From: Candidatus Delongbacteria bacterium
Lineage (GTDB): Bacteria; CAIWAD01
Assembly (NCBI GenBank): GCA_041675285.1
Contig: JBAYTZ010000014.1
Span: 22,891-86,890 of the forward strand
Reading direction: 5' to 3'
Length of the DNA stretch: 64,000 nt
How positions within the stretch are numbered: position 1 is the stretch's first letter; each line of letters opens with the position of its first letter. Position numbers and translations under genes: made by a program. Positions 62,949-64,000 of this stretch are shown here, piece by piece. The notes beneath the pieces were generated by a model. The model searched no databases and was not told the DNA's origin. It worked only from the letters and a program-made list of their open reading frames with translations.

Positions 62949-64000
62949 GTCGAAGCTGCCCTCTTCCCTGAGCTGACCGCCCAAGGTGCCGGCGCGCCCC
63001 AGAGCGTCGTCCAGTACATCGGGAACAAGCGCAAGCTACTAGACTGGATCCGCGAGCAGATCCCCGAGGGCGTGAAGACCGTGGTCGATGCCTTCGCTGG
63101 CGGCGGAAGCGTGAGCTACATGCTCAAGCGCGAGGGCTTCGCCGTCCATTCCAACGACAGCCTGCACTGGCCCCATCACATCGCCCGGGCCGTGGTGGTC
63201 AACCAGAGCGAGATCGTGACGGACGAGGAGATTGAGGCCCTCTGTCAGCCCAACCCCAAGGCCGGCACCTTCGTCCGGGACAACTACGCCGGCAAGTTCT
63301 GGAAGCCCGAGATCCATGGCGTCATCGACGAGGTGCGCGAGAACGTTGACGCCCTGAAGGGCTATAAGCGCGACCTCGCCCTAGCCGCCCTGGGCGCTAC
63401 CATGCTTTCGGCCCGCGGCTGGTTTCCCCAGTTCACCACCAGCAAGGTCAGCGAGGATGGATACTCGCCCGAGCAGTTCTACAAGCGTCTGGGCGAGGTC
63501 ATTCGGCGTCTCAACTCCATGGTCTTGGAGGGGCCCGCCTGCACGGCCCAGCGCTTGGACGTGCGCGAGTTCTTGCCCAAAGTGGATGCAGATCTGGCTT
63601 ACTTCGACCCCCCTTATGTGACTGAATTCAGCGCGGCCAACTACAGCGCCAACTACCACGTCGTCGACGCGGTGATGGTCAAGGGCGAGGGCCGCACTCC
63701 CAACGCCGACAGTGTCACACGGATGGAAAAGACCCAGGGCGACCTGACCAAGGCCAACATCCTGGAGTTCTTCCAAGAGGTCTTCGGGGCGTCCGAGCAC
63801 ATCCCCAACTGGCTCTTGTCCTACCGCGACCACAGCTACCCCAGCGAAGCCGAAATGCAGGAGCTCTTCGTGAAGGCCGGACGCGAGTTCCGGTTGGAGA
63901 CGAAGGACTTCTCCTACGGCAGCCTGGCCGGCAAGCGGCGGAATGAAGAGCCGGCCAAGGCCAAGGAGTACCTGTTCGTGGGCACGGCCAAGACGGCCGA
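62949..64000 (+). CDS. Dam-type (D12 class) N6-adenine DNA methyltransferase, 3'-partial at the window end
   Basis: YIGNKRKLLDWI N-terminal motif, FAGGGSV (motif I), AYFDPPYV (motif IV DPPY). High-GC gene starts exactly where the low-GC island ends. Confidence 0.8.

Overview
GC-rich (~65%) bacterial window. A conserved LPS-core glycosyltransferase operon (1-4710) is followed by a roughly 59 kb composite mobile region. No tRNA or CRISPR was recognised by eye.

Layout of the mobile region:
(i) A P4-type tyrosine integrase (5190-6353) plus a degenerate duplicate of its own 3' end.
(ii) A low-GC (~40%) integron-like array of five promoterless cassettes (6862-12830), each followed by a 120-130 bp imperfect inverted-repeat attC-like site bounded by GCATAAC/ACCTAAC ... 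GTTATGY/GTTAGGY cores. No IntI is in the window, so it is CALIN-like. Cassettes include a SIR2-like NADase-type protein, a 3-TM protein and a PD-(D/E)xK-like protein.
(iii) A high-GC phage/ICE-like backbone (13426-33562). It carries an ECF-like sigma factor with a duplicated 56-bp promoter/leader element, a DinG-like helicase, an SF2 helicase with a C-terminal RuvC-like domain, a CHC2/TOPRIM primase-helicase, a RecF/SbcC-like ATPase, an AlpA-like excisionase, a C10 (streptopain-like) peptidase, a DEDDh exonuclease, a Cas4/RecB-like nuclease and a heavily structured 0.5 kb non-coding region.
(iv) A GC-mosaic defence island (33884-45072): a PLD-SNF2 helicase fusion, a RhuM-family gene, a Sel1-repeat gene and a 1171-aa type IIG/PglX-like N6A methyltransferase, all translationally coupled. 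A three-gene ABC-ATPase operon follows.
(v) A leftward module of small genes driven by three copies of a ~45-bp promoter/operator repeat, ending in a XerC-like recombinase.
(vi) Phage packaging/head genes: TerL, portal, and a 1479-aa MuF-fused protein with a kinase-like C-terminal extension plus candidate immunity genes.
(vii) A low-GC Hachiman-like hamA/hamB island.
(viii) A 3'-partial Dam-like methyltransferase.

The most promising candidates for undescribed biology are the cassette array (SIR2-like and partner cassettes), the PLD-SNF2 + type IIG methyltransferase operon (DISARM-like but lacking DrmA/B), and the 3-gene ATPase operon.
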